A stretch of DNA of 64,000 bases from Dimorphilus gyrociliatus. Its lineage: Eukaryota; Animalia; Annelida. This document shows, one piece after another, positions 1-13,200 of the stretch (its first letter is position 1; each line of letters opens with the position of its first letter). Both the position numbers and the translations under genes were made by a program. The notes under the pieces were generated by a model, which searched no databases, was not told where the DNA came from, and saw nothing but the letters and a program-made list of their open reading frames with translations. The DNA lies in the NCBI GenBank assembly GCA_904063045.1, contig CAJFCJ010000007.1, forward strand, positions 678,819 through 742,818, in the 5' to 3' direction.

Positions 1-405
1 AATTTGTATCCTCGTATATGTATGATAGCTGCAGGAACGGGGATCACTCCAATGATGCCAATTCTTTATTCTATACTAGATAATGAAAAGGATGAAACCC
101 TCATTAAACTAATATTTTGTTGTAGAACCTATAAAGAAATCTTATTAAAAGAGCAACTGGATCAATTTTCATCTTTCTGGAATTTCAAAGTACATTACTG
201 TCTCAGTTGTGACAACAATGCTATAGCTAAATATAACGAGAGCCTTATCAAAAGCAGATTAAATGCTAATTTAATTGCCGATAAATTAGGATCTTCTATT
301 CATCAAACACACTTTTTAATATGCGGAAGCGAAACGTTTCAAGAGGATATCAAAGCTTGTCTCAAAAGTTTAAATGTGAAAGATCATTCTATGTTTATTT
401 TCTAA
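1..405 (+). CDS. CYB5RL: NADH-cytochrome b5 reductase-like, C-terminal NAD-binding domain (5' part outside window)
   Basis: Motifs IAAGTGITPM, ILDNEKDET, FSSFWNF, LICGS and a C-terminal Phe match the CYB5RL-type FNR NAD-binding domain; stop TAA at 403-405. Confidence 0.85.
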   Translation, partial: NLYPRICMIAAGTGITPMMPILYSILDNEKDETLIKLIFCCRTYKEILLKEQLDQFSSFWNFKVHYCLSCDNNAIAKYNESLIKSRLNANLIADKLGSSIHQTHFLICGSETFQEDIKACLKSLNVKDHSMFIF

Positions 406-684
406 ATATTTTTTGCTTAAAGTTTCTTCGCGAGACGAAGGAAGAGAAATCTGATAAAATATATAAAATTTTGGTTTTATTTAAGAAGAGAAAATTATCA
501 TTTTTTTCACAATTTAAAAGGAAATTAATAAATTATCTTTGATTTTTTTGACTGTTGATTAAATATTCTTTGTAAATGATTTGTAAAATTTCTGCTAGAC
601 ATTTAATTAATAAATTAATGACTTTGACTGTAACAATAACTAGTAATACACAGAGACATGCGAACAACAGTTGTAAAATTGAAT

Positions 685-1692
685 TTAGCGTCTTTTGGAT
701 GGTTTAGTTCTTGATTGTGAAGGTTTTTTAGGTCCTCCGCTGAGAAGGTTTGTAAGAAATTCCGAAAATTCAGGGATATTATTCTTTGGTGTGAGAAAAT
801 TCATTTGAGACTGCATTTCCTACAAAACAAAAAGATTTTTTATGATACAGAAAAAGAATTCGCTAATTAATTTTTTCTTCATTACCCTTTGAGTTTCTGG
901 GTCTTGGGCATTGATAAGTTTTGGTAGTACCATTACCATGATAAGTGGTAGAACCATCATGAGAACCTAATGTTTGAAATTTGCTCAATTAGACATCTAA
1001 AAACTTGTTACGCTCTTAATAATATACTTACCATAGGACTAAATATCATATCAGTAATGCTCCATTTTTCACGTTCTTGAAAATAGTTTATTCTGCTCCT
1101 TGCCTTTAATTTCAATGGGTAGTTAATCTGAAGTTCATCACATTCTCATAATAGATTTCAAATACTATATGTAAGCTTAAACTCTAACTTACGGTTGAAA
1201 CTGCATTTAATTGAATATTGTTCATTTTTCTAGCTCTGAATTTTCCTTTTGAAGTTATATCTATTCGAGCAGGTTCAAAAACATAAGATGGATTAATGAC
1301 TTCAATACTGTATGATCCTGACGGAAGGTTGCTTACTGAGAAGGCTCCATCGCTTCTACAATTTATTAATTATTAATTATTTCGCAAACATTTATAAATA
1401 TCTTTTTTTAGTTGTTTTAATTCGTGTTGTTAAGTCAAAATAATATTTTAATTAGGTAAAAATTTTTTGACAAACAACGACAAACAGCTAGTTACTTTAA
1501 AAACCCCAAATATCGTCCTCCATCAATTATGATTTTTGTTGATGATATCCATTCTAAATCGTTTACAAAAGGTACAAAAATTTTGCCTTCAATCTTAAAT
1601 CTTTCACTCCCAGATCCTAATTCGCCATCGCATATTACATAAGAAAATACATAAATAAAGACTAAAATGTAAGAGATTCGATTTTCATTCAT
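685..1692 (-). CDS. EMC7: ER membrane protein complex subunit 7 (5 exons)
   Basis: Signal peptide, then FKIEGK...IDGGRYLGFL, DGAFSVSNLPSGSYSIEV, FEPARIDITSKGKFRARK, YFQEREKW, and the TM segment MMVLPLIMVMVLPKL; GT-AG introns. Confidence 0.92.
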
Positions 1693-2131
1693 AACGGAAG
1701 TTTGCTTCTGCGGTCTACGCAATTTTTTTTAGAAATTACATAAAATCGAATATTGTTCTTAGTGGATTCATGATATCCTTAATGTTATCTTTATTCCGTT
1801 GTATTCGACGTTAAGTCTAACTGTTAGTTGCTCTAAAATTCTATCGGTTATTTAAAAACCTATTAATCATAAGATAAGGTATGTGCTTGTATACTTCACC
1901 AGGCGCTTCTTTGTGAATACTTCGTTCATTTCCTTCGTTTAATCATGGCAATCGATGTTAAGGGCGTTCATTTAGGGACGTTACTTGCTGACGTGGCCAT
2001 ACCATTTTGATAAAACTTACCAAACTTGTAAATTATGCGATATGGGTTGGAACATGTTTAATTAATATTCTTATTAAATGTAGAGATATAGTCTAGCTCA
2101 AAATTTATCCATGCCTGCTCGACAGTTTAAA

Positions 2132-3417
<1,286 letters not shown>

Positions 3418-4105
3418 GAAAATATGACATTTATGTAGATGTGCCATTTCTACATTATTGTCTCTAAGAAAAATATTTAAATATAGGAGGGAGCTATGTA
3501 GGGAAAATTCTCAAGTGTTTTTTATATATCATAAAACGAGATTACTAAAAAATAAGATTTCGAAAAATAAAACAACACCTAGCAAAGTTATTAAAATAAG
3601 GGTTAATTTCTTGTTTCTAAACATTTCGAAGCTTGATTTACCATTGAAAGGGTAAAGTTTATCTAAATTTTTTTCTTTCGCTTTATAAGAGTCTTTTTCG
3701 CTATTTAATTTATTTGTTTTTAAAAAAATAATAAGTCATTTTGAAAAGTTTTATCTTTGCTATTTTAATGAATAGTTTATGTAAAAAGATTTGCCTATTG
3801 CACATATAAAAAGCTTGAAAAATGAATAACAATGTTCATTTCGGAGAAACTGAGAAATAATATTTTATACAAGAGTAACAATTGAATTCAAAGGTTTCAG
3901 AATAAATACTCTCAAAGGCTTTAACGCATACAACAATACAATAAAAAATTTGGCAAAATTACAAAATCGTTTTGGCCTAAGATATACAGTATAATACACA
4001 GTATACAGCATTGTGTATCAAATAAATAAACCAATTATACAAAGTCAGCATAAAGAAAACATATTAGTTAGTGTATATTAGTTAAAGTTCCAAATAAGTT
4101 AATTA

Positions 4106-7100
4106 TTACTTGTAGTCAATAACTGTATTTGCCGATGATTTCATCATTTTTTGTTTCATCAAGACAAATTGCGTATTAAGCCGGTCGAAATCAACACTTG
4201 ATCCGCTGAGGCTATCAGTAGTTACAGAATGAATAGTTGATGGCATGCTGAATATTCCACCAACATAAGAAGCTGATCCTTTCATTCTGTATTTGAATAT
4301 TATTATAATAGTGATCTACGTACACTAAAAAGGAAATAGTATAGATTGATGAATACCTTTCAGGCGATGCTTTCCTTGCATCTTCAATCATTTTACGAAT
4401 TTTATTTATTTTCGTCAGTTCTTCTGGTAGTTGACCTTCCAGTGTTCTTAAATTGACATCTGTAGATTTCTTGCTAAGTAATACTTCGACACTTCTTTTA
4501 CGATTCAGTAAACAAGAGTAGTGCAATGCACTTAGGCCGCTACTATCTTGTATATTAGCTGCATGTTGATCTTTTTCAATCAGCATTTTAATAATATGAT
4601 ACTGGTCACCCTTATCCAATGCGTAATGATAAGAGGTTTTGCCAGTTTGGCTGTGTTGTACACTTACGTGACTTATTCTGTTATCTACAAAAGAATTGAT
4701 TGTATATTTTCACTTCTATTAAAAGATTAATCTTATTTACCAGGATAAACTAAACTATGCTCCTTTTGTTTGACAAGGTCTTCCATAAAGTTGGTAATAC
4801 TATCGTGCAATACCGGATTCTCAGCATTTTCTGTACCTAATGAATTTTCGACATCTTGTGAGGCAATCATCTCGTTAAAAGACGACGAAGAGCTCGATAA
4901 AAATCCAATTTTTCTTTATAATTAATGAGAACAAAGTATAATATATATATATAATTTAATAAGTTACTTGTTATGTAATCTTGGGGTATTTGGCCTCCTA
5001 TCTAATTCGTATACAGCAGATTCAAGCATATATTGAACCATATCACTTCTGCCCAGCCTACAAGCTAACATCAACATAGTATTTCCGTTTATATCTTTTA
5101 AATTATGATCAAATTTCAGCTTAAAGGGATAAAAAAGAGACAGTTTCATATTCCAAAGTTCTTCCTTTGTTAAAAAAAAATACTAAAGGGAAAAGTGCAA
5201 AACTAACCAGCCAGATGTTTTTTAACCTCTGAATACCTTTCTTATCGTTAAGTACTTCCATAATTGCTTTTATATGAGCTCTTCTATGTTGTTCAATCAT
5301 TAGCTGATGATGCGATTTTAAAAACTTGAATGAAATAGATAATTAAAAAAGTATAGAAGAAAAATATACTTGAACACCATCATAATCTGGACAAATGTAT
5401 AGTTTTCCATTCCAATCAGTTACAGATGTTGTTGCCCCATTCCTTAGTAAAAGTCTTACAATTCGTCCAAAACCTTTATCAGCAGCCAATTGCAATGCTG
5501 TTTTCATATCAAAAGTGAGATCATTAATGCCTAATTGTTCTTTTTCCCTTAAGGGACGAAAATTCTGGTTGTTTGTAGTAAACTAAGAAAAAAGAAGAGA
5601 ATAGCTTGGTTTTAATACCACTTTAAAGTATACCGTGTGTATATAGTACTATATACAGTATAAGATAAGATAAGGTATAAAAATTCGCATTCTTTCCCTT
5701 TAATCCTTTAATGACAGCTTGTTAAATAACTTAGTCAGGAACTTAATATTTATACCTGCATTAAGTAGACCAATAAATCAATGTGGCCGCCCATGGAGGC
5801 GGCATGTAGAACTGTGGAATTCGTTCTCGAATGTTTAAGGTACAATGATCCGCCTTTCTTTAATATCGTAGAAATTAGTGAAATGTAAACTTTTTTTTAT
5901 AAATATACTAATATAAAGATAAAATAGTTAATGTAATACTTCAATTAGGAATTTTACAACTTCTAAATGGCCATTTTCAGCGGCAAGGTATAAAGGCCAA
6001 TCTCCGGCGGCACTCTGTTTTTAATTAAACGATATTCTTAGAAAATTGGTTTTTTATTCTTTTTTAATAGTCTTAAGATGAAAAAATAGATTACTAACCA
6101 TAGGATTAACTTCATCTCCGTCTTCTAAAATTGTATACAGTTTTTGAACGTCACCCTTAACGGCACAATCAAAGAGAGCGGGCGCAACGATGTCAGATTG
6201 GCGTCTAACAACGATATATTAATGTGTAATACTTTAATTTGGATATTTAAAAAGGCCTTACCTAAGCATGCTATCTTTTATGGCTCTTTCAACATCGGGG
6301 CTACTGGCCATCTCCAGTGCTTTCACCAGTCCAGTTAAACCAGCTGAATTTGAAAGTAATAGTTGGACGCAAGGCAAATTATCCGATTGGACTGCGTAAT
6401 GGAGCGGAAGAAGACTAGCCATGTCTTTTACAGTTGGATTAGCACCTTCACTGTAGTTTATTTAAAGATTTAAACTTTTAATTCTCTAACGCTTTTAATC
6501 AAGTAACCTTAATAGAACTGCGCAAGATTCAGTGTTACCAGCTGAAGCAGCTAAGCACAAAGCCGTCTTAAGATCCTCCGAGTGTTGAGCATCTATTGGA
6601 GCGTTCTAAAATTTAAAAAAAAAACAATGGTAACAGTTATATTCTCTTTTCGATTGAGTAATCTAAATACCGAAAAAGTTAACAGCATTTCAAGAATTTC
6701 GTATCGATTTTGTATGCTAGAGAGCATCAATAACGTATAGCCACTCCGATCAATGGTAACTAGATCTGTTGGTCTGATCTCGAACTTATTCAATTTTCCC
6801 GTATCAATAGCTTTTTTCAACAAATCCGTACGTCTATATCGTAAATGTTCCAGTAACCACTTCGATTCGTAATTCTTGTAAAAAGAAGCAACATCATCGG
6901 GGCGTCTGCCCTTGAAATCCTCCGTATTAAAATCTCCACCTCTCTTCTCCAAAGTTCTAATTGGTTGTATAAGTAAAAGAGTTAATTAATAATACAGAGA
7001 TGTCAAAAGGTCAATTACTGGTCCCTACCCAATAACTTCAATCCTGTTATACTTTGCTGCATAGTGTAGAGCGCTCCATCCATTCTCTGGATTAATTATA

Positions 7101-8425
7101 TTCGGATTAGCTCCAAGAACACAAATTAACACCTGTAGGAAAAACACACATGAATATTATATAAAATAGAGGCAAATTGTTGTTCTGAATTTTGTACATA
7201 CATCGCAAACTGCTACATGGCCTCTTTGAGCCGCCAACATAAGAGGGGTTAGCCCGCTACCATTTACGATATCAACGTCACATTTCTATAATAACGGTGA
7301 TGCTCTAGTTAGCGATCTTGTTGCTTGTTTATTTTAGTAATTACGAATATGTTACCTGAATTCTGACTAAGGAGAGTAGGAGAGGAATGCTTTTTGTACC
7401 AGTTTCAGTAGCAATATGAATAAGATAATTACCATCTTCATTGTATTGCCTATTTACATCAAACTTGAATAATTGTAATCTCAACTGTAAATCAGTGATT
7501 TGATCTGGATTTCTTGCCATTTCAAAATAATTTGAACTATTTGACATCTTTATCATATTAGCAGTTTGAACAAGACTATATCTAGCATTTGGCAGAACCC
7601 GACGAATATCTTGGCATCTAGCAACCTGATAAGCTGTAAATGCTGTAAGAAAGAATAAAAGAGAGAGAGAGGGATGGATAAGAGATGAAAAGCGTTTAAT
7701 ATTTGTCTATTATTTTCCATGTCAATGAATTGATTAAGTAGGTTTAATAATAAAAAAAAATTTTTACCGTATTTGTTGTCTAAACTTTTTATCTCTGAAT
7801 CATTCATTTGAGTAACTAGCCTGCAAACAGCGTCTATATTCTGAGCAATACAAGCAGTATGTAATGCTGGGAAACCATCCAATAGTTGATGATTTATACC
7901 TATATCATTATATTTAATAAGTTTAATCGAAATCACATGAAAGTTTTATTTATCAATCTCTTTAGACCACCCGCAAGCGAGCAGTTTAGTATAAAGGTTT
8001 AAACAAATTTACTAACCAATGAAATTATCATTCAACAGAATTTGAAAAACGTGCCTAATGTTGCAGAAGAATGAGAAAATAAGAATTTCATTGAGTATTT
8101 CATGATAATTATCTTCGTGAGATAACTCTTTAAGAAGACTACTAAATTTATTCTTAGTTGGCCAGAGACTTTCAAAGTCAACATATTTCTTTATTTCGTA
8201 ACCTTCTTCGTCTACTTGATTTTCATCGTATACGAATTCTGTAAATGATAGAGATGGTTTCCAGAATAGATTAGCTATTAAATGAGCTAATTTGTTTGTT
8301 TTATCATTAAAATCCTCCGATTCTAAACTTTCAATAGTAGTTTTAGAAGATATAGCCGAAAGATTGGAAGTTATAGAAGATGTTCGCCGATGATTAGAGT
8401 AATCCGATTCAACACTGTTAGACAT
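4106..8425 (-). CDS. Multi-exon ankyrin-repeat protein with a non-ankyrin N-terminus; orthology not recognised
   Basis: Many ankyrin repeats over more than 10 exons (GFPALHTAC, GLTPLMLAAQRGH, GWSALHYAAK, GNTMLMLACRLG, GLSALHYSC). Start and last exon are inferred. Confidence 0.8.
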
Positions 8426-8927
8426 TTTCCTATAATATTTTATACATAATTTAATTGCAACTTTCAAATCAAGAATTTATATATTATCTATTGAAAAATT
8501 AAACTTTTAGCATCAGTGAACACTTGTACAATACAGTAAATCTACGCACACAGAGTTATAGACCAAATGTCTTTCTATTCTCTTCAGACTATCTTTCCTA
8601 TCCTTCGAATATTGAATTACTATTGTTGAAAAAGTTCAAAAAGGGTTAATGGATTCTATGCTAAATTTTCTTTTTCAGGATTTATTTTAGTTTAAAAACA
8701 TTTGATATGTGACCTTCATTTAGTTTGTCTTGTATGAATACGACATTTGTTAATTGTATATAGTCTCTGGTAACTAAAACAACTGACAGAATAACATGCC
8801 GTAAATAGTCGATGAGTAATTTAGCATTTATTTTTATGATTAGTACTCGTTAAGTCTCTATATATGAACTTTCACTTTTTACACCGTAAAAAGTTAATAT
8901 TTTTTTTTTAATAAAAAAAAAGTAAGA

Positions 8928-9824
8928 ATGACGGAGAGAAATTCAGTTGAAGTATGGACTGTGTTAGGAATATATTACGCTATCATTTTCCTAGTTGTCA
9001 TCGTCTTCCATATCTTCTACTTGAGGAAATATCGAATATCAAAATGTGATTTTACGGAAGATCAATCAATTTCTTCTCCAGTTGATGAACAAATTCAATC
9101 AGGTAGTGAGACAGTTGGTCAGAAAGCTGAAAGAAAACGTATTAAAGATATTGTTGAGGTATGTTAAAGCTATTGCTAATTAGACAAAATCCATATATAT
9201 ATAAATACAGTATATACATAACTATATAAATAGTCTTACTAAAAAAAGATTTACTGAAACAGTTGGCTAAATTGAGGTTAGAGTTCACAAATGGAAAACA
9301 ATTACCCGTTAAAACTCGAAAAATGAAATATGAACGATCTTGCGGCGATGACATTCGAAAACATATCTCACGTTTAACTAAACGATTTAGGCATAACACT
9401 CATCAAGAGATCTCATTAGACTTGATTAGGTATTGTAACGAAGAATTTTTTAAAGATTTCAAGGATTTTAGAATATTTGAAAGGCGACTCGATCTCGATT
9501 ATAAACAGACATTATTGGATGTTTTAAATAGTAAAATTCCTATTGGAATAGTACCTCCGTTATGGATTGTTCTTAAGGATGGACTGCTGTATACATTGGA
9601 CAATAAATTATTGTGGTTATACGAACAAGCCGATAGATTTTTGATACACGGTTGTAAAAATGTCGTTGTTAGTTATTCATTTTATATATGAATTCAATTT
9701 TAAATACTTAATTTTAATGAAAAATTCATAAAAACAGGTTCTATTCTTAGTACATGATAAATTGTATAAAGGAAAGAAAAAAGATATTCCATTTGAAATA
9801 CCGCAAGTACATTTACAATGCTGA
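8928..9824 (+). CDS. Unknown single-pass membrane protein with a putative degenerate ParB/Sulfiredoxin-like domain (exons 8928-9158, 9263-9667, 9738-9824)
   Basis: N-terminal hydrophobic helix VWTVLGIYYAIIFLVVIVFHIFYL; all introns are phase-0 GT-AG and keep the frame open; segment VPPLWIVLKDGLLYTLDNKLLWLYEQA. Confidence 0.7.
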
Positions 9825-10134
9825 TTTATGTAGTTAATGACTTCTGAAAAATTCCATTACTGACTGAAAAATAATTTCTAATCCTTTCATCTAAATTTTT
9901 AATAATGTATTTATTTCTATTACGTCTATAAGTGTTCTTTCTAGGTTCAAAGTTCAAAAAGTTTTTAACTAGTCTTTATAAGGTATGTACAATAATTATA
10001 CAATGAAATTTTTTTTCGTTCTAAAAAGCCTATATTTATTCTACTATTTTTATACTTTTACTCGATTTCAAATAAACAAGTTCTTTGGATTTATTTATTG
10101 CCGCCATATTAGTTTTTATTCCGTTTCCGGTTTT

Positions 10135-10144
10135 GTTGCCATGG
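10135..10144 (+). promoter_or_regulatory. RFX X-box half/partial site GTTGCCATGG about 75 bp upstream of the CFAP54 ATG
   Basis: 10 of 14 bases match the palindromic X-box GTTGCCATGGCAAC, upstream of a motile-cilia gene. Confidence 0.4.
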
Positions 10145-10219
10145 TTGAATATCAACTGTAGCGTGCGTATTCGAATGTGTATTGTTAAATTAAAGTAGTG
10201 TTCAACAAACTTCGTCAGG

Positions 10220-13200
10220 ATGGCTACCATGCTAAAATTGGCAGCCATCAATTCGATTAATCAACCAAAATCTAGCAACTTTTATGATCCAGGAAAGCCG
10301 AATCCCGTTTATAAAGCATTAGATCAAGAAACAAATGATTTTATTGAGGCTATTAAGAAGAGACACCAATCCAAGGATCCGGCTTGTAGACTGTAAATAA
10401 CCTCTTACATTTTAATTAAACGCTTTAAAAAAATTATAAATGTCTTTTTTCTTTTTGTAACATAGGGCACAAGATTTATTCGCATTATGGAATAAATTCG
10501 AACCGCGCCTTCCTCCAATGTATTTTAAAAGAAAATTACTAGATATGGGAGAACTTCTAATGACAATTAACGTTAGTTAATTCATTTAAAAAACAATAAT
10601 AAAATTCTTTTAATTTAATCTTAGGAATATAAACTAGCATCTTGGCAATGCTTTGAAAGATATCTAAGTGCCTTTGGTGATTTTAATGTTGTTGAGATGA
10701 CAGATAGCAAAATTTTCTCTGAAACTTTCTTTCCTGAAGGCTACGAAACTGAAGAAGCCGGTTTTACAGTAAGTGTAGTTTGTTTTTTATACTTTAAAAT
10801 GACTTTTATATTGAATATATCTGTTTTAATTAGATGAGAGCCCTTATGGGAAAGACTACTTGTACATATCAAATGATTCTATTAAATGATGCTAAACTTC
10901 AGAATATAAGTAACAGAAATCAAGGCCTAAAATTACTCCAATTCCTTCAAATGCTTACGCAAGCTGTCTTACCTAACAATAAACTATGTTGGATACTTTA
11001 CAACGGTAAATGACTAATTAAATTTGATATAGAGTGCTAATATAATTAATAATAATGATAAAATTACTGTTTTTTTTTTTAGGTACTGTTCATATATACG
11101 GAATTGCCAGGCATCTTATGACAGTAGGTCTTTCGATCAAAGTTATTGACTATCTGCTATGGTCATGCGTTTGTATGGAGACATCAATACCTCTACTAGG
11201 CGTTAGATACCTGAAGTGGAGAAGTACACTCTACGCCGCTGTCTGTCAGTGCTATTATGATTGTAGAGCGGGGCATCATGCAGAAGTAGGATGAAATAAA
11301 TTTAAACTAGTTTTAATCGTTAAAATTCTTTATTTTTTCAACAGTCTTTCGCAAGGAAAGCTCTTAGTAAGATTAGCGAACTAAGCCAATTAGAAAGTAT
11401 GAGTAATTCTAATCATACTGAAGAAATTGAAAGAAATTTTCGATTTGCAACTGTTAAGGTTAAAATAGTTTATTAAAACTATTAAGCAATCCCTTTAAGA
11501 ATACTTTGTATTTATTTTATCTGCAGATGGCGGTAATGGTTTATAAAGAAATGATATTTGCTACGAGAAAAAAGCCAAAGGGTTTACTAAGACCGAAAGC
11601 TAGAGCGAACCTAAAAGATATTCAAAATGTAGGTCAATTGACTGTTAATTAATTAGATGTAAATATTTACTGACAATTTTAAAATGTTATCTTTAAAGAA
11701 TCCTTGGCCCAGAACTACTTGCGAAAAATTATTAAGTGATATGTTTGAAGGAAGCGCTGCCCAACTATTATGCATAGTAGAAACTTTACACGATAATAAT
11801 AGACGAACAATTTTACACTCTCCTCCAGCAGCTGAACATGAGAATGAAATTTGGGATATTTACGCTGAGCTCTTTTTAGCCGCCACAGAATTACTCAAGG
11901 GAAAGCCCACTATTTGCAGACAGGCAAACCAGCCGAATATGAATGGAATTATTCTTAATAACTCTCTTATGGAAATGGCTGAAAGGGGGGAAGATGGAGC
12001 AACAGTTGAATGCGTATATAAATTAACTGCTAGTGCGTACAATTTGGAACAATGGGAAGTTTTCGATTATTTATTGCCCAATTTGAGAGAATTATTAGAA
12101 GAAATAAGTGACCAGAGATACGCTTCCCTTGCCAAGCAATTAGATATAATAGAGGCTATAGACAAGGTCATGCCTAGACAACGTCCCAAAAAGTACACAA
12201 CCGAAGTTGATGATATTGACCCCATGCAAGATGTTATACCAACTTCAGCAATAGGCGGAAAAGCTGGTCCAAAAACAGACGACATGATAAAGTTAGCTGA
12301 AGTTTTATTATCTGTAGTAAACTCCGACTTTCAGCCAGCATCGTTCGATGTTGATATGGTTACTGACGCATGCCTTATACTTTGGAGTCAATGTAAGAGA
12401 ATCTTCCAAAGATTTCAAACTGGGTCTAGCGATAATTCGAAATACTTAAAAAGGATGCCAAATCCTGGAAAATGGACTTATATTTTGGAAATTGTCCACA
12501 AATTATTTGCTTGGTGTGGTCTCAATAAGGTCGACCCTGCACTCAGTGCCGAAGTTGTTTTACGTCTCGCTCTTGTCTTAGAAGCTAATGCATCACAGCA
12601 GATTTCTGATAACTCCAGAATGGAAAGTACTATTCTTTCGCCCACTCGCCAGGAGGAGGGTACCGTCGATGAAGAAGGTTCTGTGGAAGGTTTAAGTAAC
12701 ACATCGTACGACGGTGGCACCTCTCCTCCTTCCATACTTAAGAACACTATTCGAAACCAATTAACTCAAGCGAAAGATATGCTTCAATTGGGCATTGATA
12801 ATATATGTAGGGCCAGACGGATGACAGCTACAACAGACGGATCTCACATTGCCGATGTCTCATGGGTCATAGAATACTTTAATGAAGAATCTAAAACAGA
12901 ATCAGCCGTTTGGAACATGGTGAAAGATTTACACGCAGAACTACTCTTTATATATCATAGAGTGTGTATTAAGTTATTGGAATTTGATAAAGGTATAAGC
13001 GTAATCGGCAAGAAACGATTTACATCGCAGAATATGTCGGCAAACCTTGATAAATTGATAGATGAATGTCAACAGTATTTACTATCAAAAGCTTTGCTTC
13101 TGTTACAAGCATCTGTTCACTATAAAGCGGAAGGCTCTAAACGGAAGCTACTTACTCAGGCGAAAAAATTAATTGAGACATGTGAAAAGGAAGAGAAGAA

